Part shown: positions 9,556-20,007 of the stretch, piece after piece
Layout of the letters: each line of letters opens with the position of its first letter
Position numbering within the stretch: position 1 is the first letter of the stretch
Assembly (NCBI GenBank): GCA_965205865.1
Contig: CBDBHR010000030.1
Coordinates: forward strand, 1,024,001-1,088,000
DNA from: a bacterium
GTDB taxonomy: Bacteria > SAR324 > NAC60-12
DNA: 64,000 bases
Direction of reading: 5' to 3'
Made by a program: the position numbers and the translations under genes
Notes under the pieces: generated by a model
What the model was told of the DNA's origin: nothing
Databases searched by the model: none
What the model saw: the letters and a program-made list of their open reading frames with translations, nothing else

Positions 9556-10413
9556 ATGGAAATAACCACGGATATATATCTTGGCGACAGCAAAGAGCAA
9601 TTAAAACTGCTCAAAGATAATTCAGTTGATCTGATAGTCACTTCCCCACCCTATGCCGATCAACGTAGAGGTACATACGGTGGTATTCATGCTGATGATT
9701 ACGTTGAATGGTTTTTACCCATCTCCGAGCAACTATTACGCGTTTTGAAGTCTTCAGGAACCTTCATACTGAATATCAAAGAAAAAGCGATGAAAGGAGA
9801 ACGTTGTACTTATGTGATCGAACTGATTTTGGAAATGCGAAAACAAGGCTGGTTTTGGACGGAAGAATTTATATGGCATAAGAAAAATTGTTACCCTGGA
9901 AAGTGGCCTAATCGCTTTCGTGACGCATGGGAAAGACTGCTTCAATTCAACAAAAATCGCAAATTTTACATGTACCAGGAAGAAGTTATGGTTCCGGTAG
10001 GTGAATGGGCAACCACACGATTAAGGAACCTTTCCGAAACCGATAAAACCCGTGATGATTCAAAAGTTGGAAGTGGATTTGGTAAAAATGTTTCAAACTG
10101 GCTGCACCGGGATAAAACTTATCCAACGAATGTTTTGCACCTGGCCACTGAATGCAATAACAAAAATCACAGCGCCGCCTTTCCTGAAGCCTTACCGGAG
10201 TGGTTTATCAAATTATTTACGAAAGAAAGAGATCTGGTACTCGATCCCTTTATGGGGTCTGGAACTACTTTGTTTGTGGCAAACCGAATGAAACGGAACT
10301 CCGTCGGTATCGACGTGGTTCCTGAGTACTGTGAGATGGTTAGAAAAAGATTAAGACCCGTAGAATTATATCTATTGGAACCAACAGCAGAATATGAAAA
10401 AGCTCAACCTTGA
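9556..10413 (+). CDS. Site-specific DNA methyltransferase, beta class (probably N4-cytosine)
   Basis: TSPPY motif IV precedes HSAAFP and DPFMGSGTT motif I. Confidence 0.93.
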   Translation: MEITTDIYLGDSKEQLKLLKDNSVDLIVTSPPYADQRRGTYGGIHADDYVEWFLPISEQLLRVLKSSGTFILNIKEKAMKGERCTYVIELILEMRKQGWFWTEEFIWHKKNCYPGKWPNRFRDAWERLLQFNKNRKFYMYQEEVMVPVGEWATTRLRNLSETDKTRDDSKVGSGFGKNVSNWLHRDKTYPTNVLHLATECNNKNHSAAFPEALPEWFIKLFTKERDLVLDPFMGSGTTLFVANRMKRNSVGIDVVPEYCEMVRKRLRPVELYLLEPTAEYEKAQP

Positions 10414-11218
10414 AGATGTATTAAAATACGTTGAGGAAAATATTGTTTTTTTTCATACAAAACGAATTCAAAACCTTGACAAATTAAAGCTGTCAAAAGT
10501 TCTCAATCGAAAGAATCCTTATCTTTTCAAAGCGAAAAATGTGTTGACTGCCGAACAGATTGTAAGAGGATTGACGGACGCGCATATCTCATCGAATGAA
10601 GAAACTATTTTTGGTGATTGGCTGGAAGGGCTCGCCATTTTCATCAATAGAAAGGTTTACAATGGGTATAAGTCGGGTATCAGAGGTATTGATCTTGAAT
10701 TCGACAGCAACAATACCAGATATATCGTTACCATTAAATCAGGACCAAATTGGGGTAACAGCTCGCAACTGGCCAAAATGGTCTCGGATTTCAGAACTGC
10801 GAAAAAAGTCCTGAGAACCAGTAATTCAAACTTGAATATAATTGCTATAAACGGTTGTTGCTATGGGAGGGACAACAAACCGGATAAAGGAGATTATTTC
10901 AAATATTGTGGTCAACGATTCTGGGAGTTTATCTCCGGAGATAGTGAACTGTTCAAGGGAATCATTCAATCACTTGGACACAAAGCCAAGGAAAAAAATG
11001 ATGTTTTTATAGAAGCATATTCAAATATGCTCAATAAATTCACAAGAGAATTTGCAGAGACGTTTTGTAAAGATGATGGAAAGATTGATTGGGATAAATT
11101 AGTCCGCTACAACTCCGCAAAGCACTATTTTGACACTCTTATCTCCCTCCGACGACCTGATTTCTTAGGCGTATTGTCCAAGTATTCCGTACAGACGTAT
11201 CCGGTTTTCCTTTCATAA
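10394..11218 (+). CDS. Type II restriction endonuclease (PmeII-family-like); tail probably read through into foreign DNA
   Basis: RKNPYLFKAK, EETIFGDWLE, GIDLEF...IKSGPNWGNSSQ; overlaps the MTase stop. Confidence 0.8.
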   Translation: MKKLNLEDVLKYVEENIVFFHTKRIQNLDKLKLSKVLNRKNPYLFKAKNVLTAEQIVRGLTDAHISSNEETIFGDWLEGLAIFINRKVYNGYKSGIRGIDLEFDSNNTRYIVTIKSGPNWGNSSQLAKMVSDFRTAKKVLRTSNSNLNIIAINGCCYGRDNKPDKGDYFKYCGQRFWEFISGDSELFKGIIQSLGHKAKEKNDVFIEAYSNMLNKFTREFAETFCKDDGKIDWDKLVRYNSAKHYFDTLISLRRPDFLGVLSKYSVQTYPVFLS

Positions 11219-11505
11219 GATAATTCTGCCGTTCTTGTCGTGGTAGCCGTCGCAGGCGAAGGAAGAGGGCTACGAAGTAGTCGGTCGTAAAGTCGATCAG
11301 GTTGGTTTAACCGCCAAAGTGCTGGAGTTGGGTCAGGATTTCAAATTCGTCGGTTTCGTGAGTATACTTTTTAGCCTCGTTTAAAATTTCTTCTTGGACA
11401 ACCTCTATATCAAAATACTCCGACTCAACGCCATATTCACGGTAGAGGCTCGAGGATACTTTCTCATAGCATTCAGGTTCGCCACGGTAGATGTAATCGA
11501 TGTCG
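11120..11505 (-). pseudogene. FRG-domain gene remnant, paralogous to the 5' part of 27020-29705
   Basis: Nucleotide similarity to ~29270-29610 (YIYRGEPECYEKVSSSLYREY...LQHFGG*TNLIDFTTDY) with a stop and frameshift. Confidence 0.8.
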
Positions 11506-11558
11506 TTGAATAAATAAATGTCGATATAACCTGATACAATCCAAGAATACGGGAAAAG

Positions 11559-11858
11559 TCACTCCAGGGTTCTCAAAACCAAAGTAGATTCTGCGGCCAG
11601 TTCTTGAGCAATCAGTTTTTGCGCGTCTTTTTCCTTGGGCCAGCCGAGAATATCAGCATGTCGGGGAGGGGATTCGTTATTTCTTGTTTGCCAGTCCTGC
11701 AATCCGAAAAACAGAGAGGTCGCAGGAGGAGGAATGAATGCATTGAACTTCACGCATTTGTTTTCCAGGCTGAATGGATTGCTTTGCAGGAGATAGCGGG
11801 CCAATGTTTCAAGCGGTGGTTTATCCGGGGGGTGGCATGCTGAAAATTCCGGGAACAA
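11559..11858 (-). CDS. Hypothetical protein (LARYL...AFIPP...HADILGWP), possibly internally deleted
   Basis: Protein-like ORF directly downstream of a WDGYGA-protein C-terminal remnant. Confidence 0.5.
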   Translation of the reverse strand: MFPEFSACHPPDKPPLETLARYLLQSNPFSLENKCVKFNAFIPPPATSLFFGLQDWQTRNNESPPRHADILGWPKEKDAQKLIAQELAAESTLVLRTLE

Positions 11859-11972
11859 ACTCTACGAATATTCTTTAAAATGGTTTGGGGCAGTGCTTTG
11901 CCAAAATGTTTCGTACCGTGTATTTTATTGCTTCCAAACAGCCCGGCATAAACCATGGTTTTGTTTCTCGAG
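11800..11972 (-). pseudogene. C-terminal remnant of a WDGYGA-type protein (copy 1)
   Basis: MVYAGLFGSNKIHGTKHFGKALPQTILKNIRRV, paralogous to the 3' parts of 12450-12845 and 20960-21390. Confidence 0.6.
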
Positions 11973-11979
11973 ATGGATA

Positions 11980-12180
11980 TCATCCCATCAGTTTTTGTGC
12001 GGTAAAACTGATCGCAATGGCAATACCAATATTGCTGGTGACCAGTCCGACTCCCCATTTCAACATACCATTTTCTAAGCGTCCCATTTCACGCATTATT
12101 TCCGTTCTGAGATTAGCAATATCTTCCTTGGTTGCCATCTGTTCTATAATTGTTTCCAACCGGATTAAGCGATTTTCCAT
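11980..12180 (-). CDS. Small coiled-coil plus C-terminal TM protein (DUF1640-like)
   Basis: MATKEDIANLRTEI...MLKWGVGL; GGAGG-type RBS before ATG 12180. Confidence 0.6.
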   Translation of the reverse strand: MENRLIRLETIIEQMATKEDIANLRTEIMREMGRLENGMLKWGVGLVTSNIGIAIAISFTAQKLMG

Positions 12181-12449
12181 GTATCCACCTCCATAATCTC
12201 TCTTAATATCAGTCATCACATTCTTTTTTGCTACCTCTGTAATGCTCTTTTAATTTTATTTATTAGATCACATTCTTTACTTGACAAATTTTCTGAAACA
12301 GAAATTCCACCTGATGATGTAATGAGTCACCAAATTATACACCAACATGAAGCATAATTGGAATAGTTTTTATTAAAGATATCAAAAGGAATTTTTCTAT
12401 TCAGTCCCTGACGAGTTCGTATGAATCAATCCAAATCACTTTCCAAAAC

Positions 12450-12845
12450 TCATGGAATAACTATCCAAAGGGTGACATGCTGAGAATTGTGGGAATAAAC
12501 TCTGTGAATATTTTCTAAAATGATTTGGGGCAGTTCTTCGCCAAAGCATTCGGTACCATGTGTTTTTTGGTTTCCAAAAAGACCGGCATAGACCATTGTT
12601 CCGTCTGTCTCAAAACTCACGGAAAATACCCGGCGAGGTTGTTAGTACCATTCAAATGCGACCATGCCATCAGGTTCCACGGCAACTTCCGGTGCCGGAA
12701 CCGTACTGGGTAGCATATCAAGAAATCTCAGCGATTCGTCACAAGATTTCCTATCTATTCTTGTAGCGCCATAACCATCCCAATCGTCCTCACCGCATTC
12801 TGCGATGGCATTCCTTAAAGCCCTGAGTGTTTCCCTGTTCATCAC
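12450..12845 (-). pseudogene. WDGYGA-motif hypothetical protein (copy 2), internal stop
   Basis: EDDWDGYGATRID...PEVAVEPDGMVAFEWY*QPRRVFSV...MVYAGLFG. Confidence 0.7.
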
Positions 12846-12847
12846 TT

Positions 12848-13075
12848 CTATCCCCCCAATATGGTTGCGAGGTCTGGTGGCAGTTTGATCCCGTTTTTCT
12901 GCTCGAAGTCTTTCACGCTTTCGTAGTCGTTATGAAAGGCGGTGATGATGTCCAACCCTCTCTCGCTGGCAGCAGTCAGATCGGACCTTGCTTTTTCCCA
13001 TTCTTTCAGATGTAAGCAGGCCTTGCCACGATTGTTATAAACCATGGTATAGTTTGGGTTCAGTGCTATAGCCTT
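12848..13075 (-). pseudogene. Orphan last TPR plus conserved C-terminal cap
   Basis: YNNRG...HLKEWEKARSDLTAA...FHNDYESVKDFEQKNGIKLPPDL, shared with 27020 and 32950. Confidence 0.75.
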
Positions 13076-13239
13076 TCAAGATGGCATGGTCATACTCTCC
13101 CTAATGGAGGTAAGCATACAAGACACCATTGAACTTACTTACAGCATGAGATACCACAATGCTATGCATTTCATTTTGAAAAAAATCCCGTTTGTGGAGT
13201 GGACATTCGCTTTTTGAGGAAACGGTCAATTCCGACTTG

Positions 13240-14247
13240 TCACAAATTTGCTACTTGCGCGATTTTTTCAGCCAGAACCTTGAAATCCTTATACGAGTCG
13301 CGGGCAGCTGCAGCGTGGGCGCCTATGGCTCCGTCGGCAGTAGTGAGTTGAAAAACGGGCTTGTGCGCTTCCTGGGCCATTGGCACCAGACTCCGGTAGC
13401 GCTTGACGGTGGCGAGGGCAAAATTTTCATCTTCCGCCGGTGTCTGGGGATAGGGTCCTTCGTTGTTGCCCATCAGGTTCCGGGAATATTCTTCCGGCAT
13501 TCGATTCACCCACTTGTCATAAGCCCTGACAGGGCGGTCCAGGCGCAAGCCATGTTGTTGTACTACGTAACCGACGGGTCGCATGCCTCCGTTTGGCAGT
13601 GAAAACCCGGGTTGTGCCCAATTGTCCTTCCGTTGATTCCACTCCTTTCTCCATCGAACCAGAGTCGGGCCAAGATTGCGCAGCCCCTGCAGTGAAAACA
13701 GGTCTGCCCCCAGCGGAACGATAATGTAATCGGTCGCAATCAACGCTGAACGGTTGATAGCCCCCAAATTCGGGCCCACGTCGACCAGGATGACGGAGGC
13801 ATTCATGCGACGCGCTCCTTCTTGCATGATGGTCGAAAACGCTGTCAAAATACGGAAAGGACGGTACAGGTGACTGGAACCCAATGCGTTGGGCCATTCC
13901 GACGACAAGGCATCTTCAAATCCGGCCAGCGTCAGGTCTCCCGGTATCAGGTTCAGTGTGGGCGTGATTTTCACCAGCGTTGGGTCTTTGATGTCACCAA
14001 CTGCCAGCAACGGTTGAATACACTGCATGATGGTTTTAGTAGACGTTCGCGCAGCCCTGCCTTCATCCCACAACTGTTCCAACTGCCCTTCGTCAAGAAA
14101 TGCGGCGGTGAGATTCGCCTGCGGGTCAAGGTCACAGGCAAGCACCCGATAATCGATTTCCGAAAACATCCACGCCAGATGGTAGACCAGCGACGTTTTG
14201 CCAACACCGCTTTTGTTGTTGAAAAAAGTTAAAACGGGGATCGTCAT
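13240..14247 (-). CDS. ParA/Soj-family ATPase
   Basis: FFNNKSGVGKT deviant Walker A, DLDPQANLT, DVGPNLGAINR. Confidence 0.9.
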   Translation of the reverse strand: MTIPVLTFFNNKSGVGKTSLVYHLAWMFSEIDYRVLACDLDPQANLTAAFLDEGQLEQLWDEGRAARTSTKTIMQCIQPLLAVGDIKDPTLVKITPTLNLIPGDLTLAGFEDALSSEWPNALGSSHLYRPFRILTAFSTIMQEGARRMNASVILVDVGPNLGAINRSALIATDYIIVPLGADLFSLQGLRNLGPTLVRWRKEWNQRKDNWAQPGFSLPNGGMRPVGYVVQQHGLRLDRPVRAYDKWVNRMPEEYSRNLMGNNEGPYPQTPAEDENFALATVKRYRSLVPMAQEAHKPVFQLTTADGAIGAHAAAARDSYKDFKVLAEKIAQVANL

Positions 14248-14266
14248 GGTCTTCCTCTTCCGGTTT

Positions 14267-15472
14267 TCACGCCGATTTTATCGTTACCTGTACGTGATTG
14301 TCGTGAACTTTAAATTCCGGTTCCGGATGACCTGCCGCATTCAACTGCTTTCTGGCTATTGGTATCCCCATGCCATAATGCTGTACATAACCGAGGGTTC
14401 TCATCGCTTCAGCCAGATTAGGGTTGCGATAATCGGTAAATCCGGGCTGGCCGAAATTCTCAGCCGTTACCGTCCCGAAGGCGCTGCCGGGACTTAAAAC
14501 TTCGATGCGGTCGTTGAACCAGGACAGATGAACCGGCGCATTGGTTGCTTCGTAGGTTCTATGCATAATAGCATTCCGGATGATCTGTTGCAACGCCGGG
14601 ATGGGATAGAGTACTGTTCGCTGTTCGACTGCGCTGGCAGTAAAATTGACTGCGATTCGATTGTGGGCCCTCAGTTTATCGTCCGGACGGCGAAGCAGGT
14701 CCGGAATGGCACCGCCAATATCCTCGCTGTCCGGAATATCATCCGTTAGCTCGCTGCCATCAATTCTGAGGAATTGCAGATAGGCGCCGGGTACAAAATC
14801 CTGTGGGTTCTTTCCAATAGTGAGGATGCCCAGGATGGTGGCAACAGGCTGGTCGGCGGCAACGATCATTTTCGTTGTGGCCAACTGCTCCTCCCGGTTG
14901 CGGTCGTTTGCGATCCGTACCTCTTCAGAAAATGCCTGCGCCAGGTATTCGTTCTCAAACTGAGTCAGGTTCAGGTCTGGCACGCCAGCAGTAGGGACCG
15001 GCTGGACATCGAAGGGGCGGTCGCCGTGCCGACGTTTTTCGTTGAGAATCCTTTCATCCTGTGCCGTAGCGATGGAGCGGCGCGGGCCGGTACGGATATG
15101 AATAGCGCCTTTGCAGCGAACCGGCGGAGAGTTGGATGGCTGCACGGTAACCACCGCCACCTCCTTACCGCTCAGTGTGTATTTTTCTACCGTCAGCGAT
15201 GGCGGCGGCACGATATTGCCGTCAGTTTTCATATCGGCCAACTGCTGGAGCAATTGGTTCGTGACCAAAAGGTTGCCGATCGTTCTATCATCCTTCACCC
15301 CCACAAAAACCAGACCGGGCTTTTCATGGTTGGGCAAATCGTTGGCAAAGGCGCAGATGGCCTCCCTGATTCTTGTGGGAGCGTCACCGGACAATGACTC
15401 CTTGAACTCGACGCAGTCGGATTCACCGTCTCTGATTATTTGTAACAGTTCCTTATTCGTAAAATCTGGCAT
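14267..15472 (-). CDS. Schlafen AlbA_2 domain plus HATPase_c_4 protein (true start MPDFTNKELL at 15472)
   Basis: GESDCVEFKE, ICAFAN, VGVKDD; NAIMHRTY, RNPNLAE, GMGI; the first 98 aa of the track ORF are a shadow frame of the permease. Confidence 0.88.
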   Translation of the reverse strand: MPDFTNKELLQIIRDGESDCVEFKESLSGDAPTRIREAICAFANDLPNHEKPGLVFVGVKDDRTIGNLLVTNQLLQQLADMKTDGNIVPPPSLTVEKYTLSGKEVAVVTVQPSNSPPVRCKGAIHIRTGPRRSIATAQDERILNEKRRHGDRPFDVQPVPTAGVPDLNLTQFENEYLAQAFSEEVRIANDRNREEQLATTKMIVAADQPVATILGILTIGKNPQDFVPGAYLQFLRIDGSELTDDIPDSEDIGGAIPDLLRRPDDKLRAHNRIAVNFTASAVEQRTVLYPIPALQQIIRNAIMHRTYEATNAPVHLSWFNDRIEVLSPGSAFGTVTAENFGQPGFTDYRNPNLAEAMRTLGYVQHYGMGIPIARKQLNAAGHPEPEFKVHDNHVQVTIKSA

Positions 15473-15477
15473 GGCGA

Positions 15478-16260
15478 TTATCCGTCGACCAGGAGAGGCA
15501 ACTGCAGGCCGACCAGGGTCACGATCGGGATGAGGGCATTTTTGATGGTGTGCCGGATCACTACGACCCGCTCCCGGAGCCCCTTGGACCAGGCCGTTCG
15601 GATGTAATCCTGCCGCAACACCTCCAGCATCATCGTGCGCGTCATGCGCATGGTGGCCGCCGACATGGCCGTCCCCAGAATCAGGCTGGGAATGAAGAAC
15701 ACCGCGAGATTGCCCAGCGGGTCTTCGGAGAAAGGAATCAGCTCCGTCGGGGGCGACCAGCCCCACCAGATGGCCGGGAAGATAATGACCATCAGGGCCA
15801 GCCAGAAGTTAGGCGTGGCCAAGCCGATGATGGCCAGGGTGCGCCCCGCGTAGTCGGCGGCCGTATCCTGGCGTATCGCCGAGTAGATGCCGACGGGCAG
15901 GGCTATCAAGAGCGAGATTACGATTGCCAGGACGCCCAGCTCAATGGTGACCGGCAATCTATCTAATATCTTCTCCTCGATCGCATAACTGCCCAGCAGT
16001 GATTCGCCAAGGGTGCCGTGCAGGAGAATATCTCTGATCCAGCGTCCATACTGGACGTAGACAGGCACGTCCAATCCCAGCATACGCTCAACCGCTTCAC
16101 GGTCAATCTCCTCGCCGCCAGTGCCATACCATTCCATCCTACCCACTATTAAATCCACGACGTCGCCCGGGATGAAGCGCACCGAGAGAAAGACCAGGAT
16201 AGTCAGGATGAACAGGGTGGGGATAAGGAGCAATACCCTTCTGATGATATAGGCTCTCAT
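15478..16260 (-). pseudogene. Second DppB-like permease, C-terminally truncated (260 aa)
   Basis: Near-identical to 1091-2056 until LQLPLLV, then DG*; breakpoint at 15486 corresponds to 1282. Confidence 0.9.
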
Positions 16261-18600
16261 GGGAAACCCCCTCCCCTAACCCCTCCCGCCAGGGGAGGGG
16301 AAACAAGGTTTTAACATGGCTTTCTAATGCCCCATTTCTTTCTTCAGGTCCTTGTCAATCCAGAGGCGGGTGAAGATGGTGTTAAATTGACCGATTCCCA
16401 AGAAGAGTTCACCGTTATAACCTTTGACCCACGGCTGGTGCACGTTAAACTGTGGGGTTTCGGGACCCCATATTACCCAGTGCCTCTCTATCCCGTACAT
16501 ATCCAACTCCCTGACCATCCTCTGCTGCTCCTCAACGTCGGCAGTGGCCAGGGCGGTTTCAAACAAGGCGTCATATTCCGGGGCAACGATGCCCCGCCAG
16601 TTGCGTGGAGCTTTCGAGTAATACATGCGCATTCTCTCGACAGGTATATACCTGACGCCCGTTGACCAAGCCCAGAAACCTTTATAAGTCCCATCGTTTC
16701 TCATCGGGTTGGCCGCTTGTGAATCCATGAGATTAATCTCTGCCTCGATGCCAATCTCACGCCAGTATGCGGCGGCTAATTCCAGATAGTTCAGGTCGTA
16801 CCGATACGTACTGTTGAGGACGGTTTTGAATCGAATGCCGTCCGAGCCGAGCGGAAACCCAGCCTCATCAAGCAGCTTCCCGGCCCCTTCCGGGTCATAG
16901 GTATAGCCTTTCCTGACCTCCTCGGGCCACTCTGCAAATGGGGTGGTATACCCTTTGATGTCTGCCGCTACCAGCCCGGCAGGTTCCCAGTTTCCATAAC
17001 CCTTAAAGAAGGTACGGTTAATGGTCTCGAGGTCCAGTGCCATCTGCATGGCCTTGCGCACCCTGACGTCGTCAAAGGGCGGCTTATCCACCACGTTAAA
17101 AGTGAAAGCATTATCCGAGCGATACCAATACGGGTGAATCACGAGTTCGGGGTTGGTCTTCTTGAGGCTCTCTATCTGGTCGATAGTCCTGAGTTGAGAG
17201 TCGCCGGGAGTCCCTGCGTAATCAACCTTAGCCGAGCGTAGGGCCGCCACGAATACGGCTGGTTCCGGCATAACCGCGCCCCGCAACTGGTCAATATAGG
17301 GCAGGCGGTTCTCCGGGTATTTTTCGTCAAAGCCCCAGTAGTTGGGATTCTTGTCCCAGGTGATAGAGCTGTCCTCGACGAAGTCAGTCAGCATAAAGGG
17401 CCCGGTGCCGACCAGGTTCCTCCAATCCTTAACGTCGCCGTATTGCTCGAATACCTCGGGGGGGTACATAAAAACATTGAAGTGGTCGACAATAAAGTAC
17501 AGCGCCAGGGGCTGCGGCTCCTTCAGCTTCATCACAACCGTCGAATCGTCGGTAGCCGTGACCGAATCCCACTGATACGTGTGCAGTGGTCCAAACATGG
17601 TGCTATGTTCAGTGTAGCCGCTGCCCAGACCCATCGCGCGGTGAAAGTTATATTCGACGTCCTTAGCCGTAAATGCTCTGCCATTCATGGGGGCCTTATC
17701 ATGCCAGTGAACGCCCTGGCGGATTTTGAAGACATAGGTCAGCGGGTCGGGTTGCGACCAGCTTTCCGCCAGCGCCCCTTTTAAGCCATGGAGAGGAATG
17801 TACGTTGTTTTCCAGTCCACCACGTCCCGATCTATTCCCCAGTCCGCGATGCTGAGCTTCTCCAGCACGCCACTGATGAAGTGGGACGCCCAGCCACCAA
17901 TGAAATAGACGTCCGTATGCTCACCCACCTGCTTGCGCACATAGGTCAATGTCCCGCCATACTCCGGAGCGGTTACCATCTCCCCGGTGGTGGGATCTGT
18001 GACCATCTTTTTCTCAGCCGCCATGGCTGGACTGACCCCGAGGACGGCCACCATCAGGGTCAGGATTAAAATAATCAATAATGATTGGATTGTTCTGATT
18101 TTTCTTTTTTCCATGATTCCTCCGCTTTCGTTTTGATTTGGGTTATGATTCTTTGGACGTTCCATTACTCCTCCTTTATTAGATGCGAATTGATTTTTAT
18201 TGATTTTATCTTTCATCATTTCTCCTTTTTCAGAAGTGAATTTTTTATTGATTCTACGTCTCGTCTGTCTCCTTTCATAAGAAATGACCGGTAAACCGGT
18301 GCGGTTAAAAAATATTTTGGAGAGAATCCATCGTTTTCACATCATCTCCTTCCCTAAAACAACTAGGCATGATCTTAGCGCAAATATTATGAAGCCTCAA
18401 GCCTCAAATGAAAAAAATGTGGAATTCGCAAAAAAATTTAAAAAATCAATAAATCTGCTCAAATCCGGGGACAGTCAGAAGCCGCTCAGTTCAATAACGT
18501 TGAAAAAAGATTCCCGGGGAGGATCCATCGTTTTAACGTCCTTCCACGATATTGTTTAATCGATCGAGAACCCTCCCACGGTATTGTTTAATCGATCGAG
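15486..18600. repeat. ~3-kb direct repeat of ~1282-4620 (offset 14204 through the coding region)
   Basis: Gene ends 2056/16260 and 4015/18219 differ by 14204; upstream DNA is also homologous. Confidence 0.92.
16324..18219 (-). CDS. ABC transporter substrate-binding protein, family 5 (copy 2)
   Basis: Same length (631 aa) and motifs as copy 1, with clustered substitutions. Confidence 0.93.
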   Translation of the reverse strand: MMKDKINKNQFASNKGGVMERPKNHNPNQNESGGIMEKRKIRTIQSLLIILILTLMVAVLGVSPAMAAEKKMVTDPTTGEMVTAPEYGGTLTYVRKQVGEHTDVYFIGGWASHFISGVLEKLSIADWGIDRDVVDWKTTYIPLHGLKGALAESWSQPDPLTYVFKIRQGVHWHDKAPMNGRAFTAKDVEYNFHRAMGLGSGYTEHSTMFGPLHTYQWDSVTATDDSTVVMKLKEPQPLALYFIVDHFNVFMYPPEVFEQYGDVKDWRNLVGTGPFMLTDFVEDSSITWDKNPNYWGFDEKYPENRLPYIDQLRGAVMPEPAVFVAALRSAKVDYAGTPGDSQLRTIDQIESLKKTNPELVIHPYWYRSDNAFTFNVVDKPPFDDVRVRKAMQMALDLETINRTFFKGYGNWEPAGLVAADIKGYTTPFAEWPEEVRKGYTYDPEGAGKLLDEAGFPLGSDGIRFKTVLNSTYRYDLNYLELAAAYWREIGIEAEINLMDSQAANPMRNDGTYKGFWAWSTGVRYIPVERMRMYYSKAPRNWRGIVAPEYDALFETALATADVEEQQRMVRELDMYGIERHWVIWGPETPQFNVHQPWVKGYNGELFLGIGQFNTIFTRLWIDKDLKKEMGH

Positions 18601-19417
18601 CGGCAAACCTTTCTTTCACTAAAATAACTTAATGATGGCATGGTTGTAGCAAACTGTACGACGCAATGTCAACCCCCTGATGAAAAATGAATGCGGAATT
18701 CGTAAAAAAAAATAAAAAATCAATAAATCCGCTCAATTCGGGAAATCCGTTCCTTGATGATATGGATAAAGCAAAAGGAGCTATTGGGGAACAAATACGG
18801 AAGATTAAAAAAATTCTTTTAGGAACAAACCTTAAATAACCTGTAATTCTTCCAATGGTGTGAGCAAAATTTGGGGACATGTACACCGCTGCGCATCCCA
18901 ACTCTACTGTTATATGCCTGCTGTTACGTGTCCCCTGATTTTGCGTATCCATACTTCTAACTTATTTAAATTTCATTCCTTAGCGGTCCATTTTCGGCAT
19001 GAACGAAAAGAGGAGTTCTAAGCTTTTTCCTGGGTTCTGTCATGATGGGGCATGAATGCATTGGACTTTCTACGATCGTTTTCCCTGGCGAATTGATCGT
19101 TTTGAAAAAACTCCGGATTGTTTTTGGGGTCAAGCTTGAAAGTTTGGAAAAGAGGGATTCATTTCTCAACAACTCTTATTTTTCCCTTCAAAATCGGAAA
19201 ATTCACTGGAATCGGCAAGACAAGAGTTCAGTCAGTAGTTGGTCCGTCAAATGATTTCCACCTTAATGAGAAGCAACGGGTTTTAACCAATTTTCGGTTT
19301 TTAGCTCAGGATTGAATTTCTGGAATGTGGGATAGAGTTGGTCGGCACTCACTAAAATACACGATTTTGTGATAGCCGTACTGGCCAGCATGAGGTCGAT
19401 ATTGTGCTTTTTAAGGA

Positions 19418-19550
19418 AATTCAAAATCTTGACAAATTAAAGCTGTCAAAAGTCCTCGAACGAAAGAATCCTTATCTTTTCAAAGCGAAATATGTGTCGA
19501 CTGCCGAACAGATTGTAAGAGGATTGACGGACGCGCATATTTCATCGAAT
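19418..19550 (+). pseudogene. 133-bp fragment of the PmeII-like endonuclease gene
   Basis: Aligns without gaps to 10465-10597 with a few substitutions. Confidence 0.85.
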
Positions 19551-19584
19551 TTAGTCTAATTTGCAGAGATGGGCTTAGGAGTGC

Positions 19585-20007
19585 ATGATTGAAAAAGATA
19601 AATATGGAGTTTTTATCTCCCATGGGAGTGCAGACACATGGATTGCAAGACAGATGGCACGTTGTATTTAAGATTGTGATGCCGCTACATTTTTAGATGA
19701 AGCGGATATCTCCAAAGGGGATAACTTCAAGGAAGTCATTCATAAAGAATTTTGTAAAAGTAAGGAATTAGTCGCCCTGTTTACTCCTTGGTCAGTGAAA
19801 AGATTCTGGGTATGGGTTGAAATTGGCGCAGCATGGGGACAAGGAAAACGTATTATAGTGGTACTTCATGGACTGACCCAATCCGAATTGGAAGAATTGG
19901 GAGGAAGTAAAGCAATCTTAGAAGATATTAATATCCTCGAACTCAATAATTTTGACAGGTACATTGATGAATTGAAGGAAAGAGTGAAAAAGGAGCAAAA
20001 TGCATAA
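19585..20007 (+). pseudogene. TIR-domain protein with premature TAA at 19669-19671
   Basis: MIEKDKYGVFISHGSADTWIARQMARCI*DCDAATFLDEADISKGD...WVWVEIGAAWG; RBS aggag upstream. Confidence 0.8.

Noticed and set aside
15473-15766. 98-aa N-terminal extension of the AlbA_2 protein
   Set aside because: Alternative frame of the permease copy; the same peptide appears at 1251-1562
18366-18650. Sigma54 promoters (GG-N10-GC) on the plus strand
   Set aside because: The -12 element is TAGC, other repeat units lack the motif, and the minus-strand sigma70 reading fits all units better
18629-19315. Short ORFs upstream of SBP copy 2
   Set aside because: No motifs or clear RBS; they partly overlap the promoter repeats
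19669-19671. Recoded stop in the TIR gene
   Set aside because: The codon is TAA at a non-catalytic position; a nonsense mutation or error is simpler
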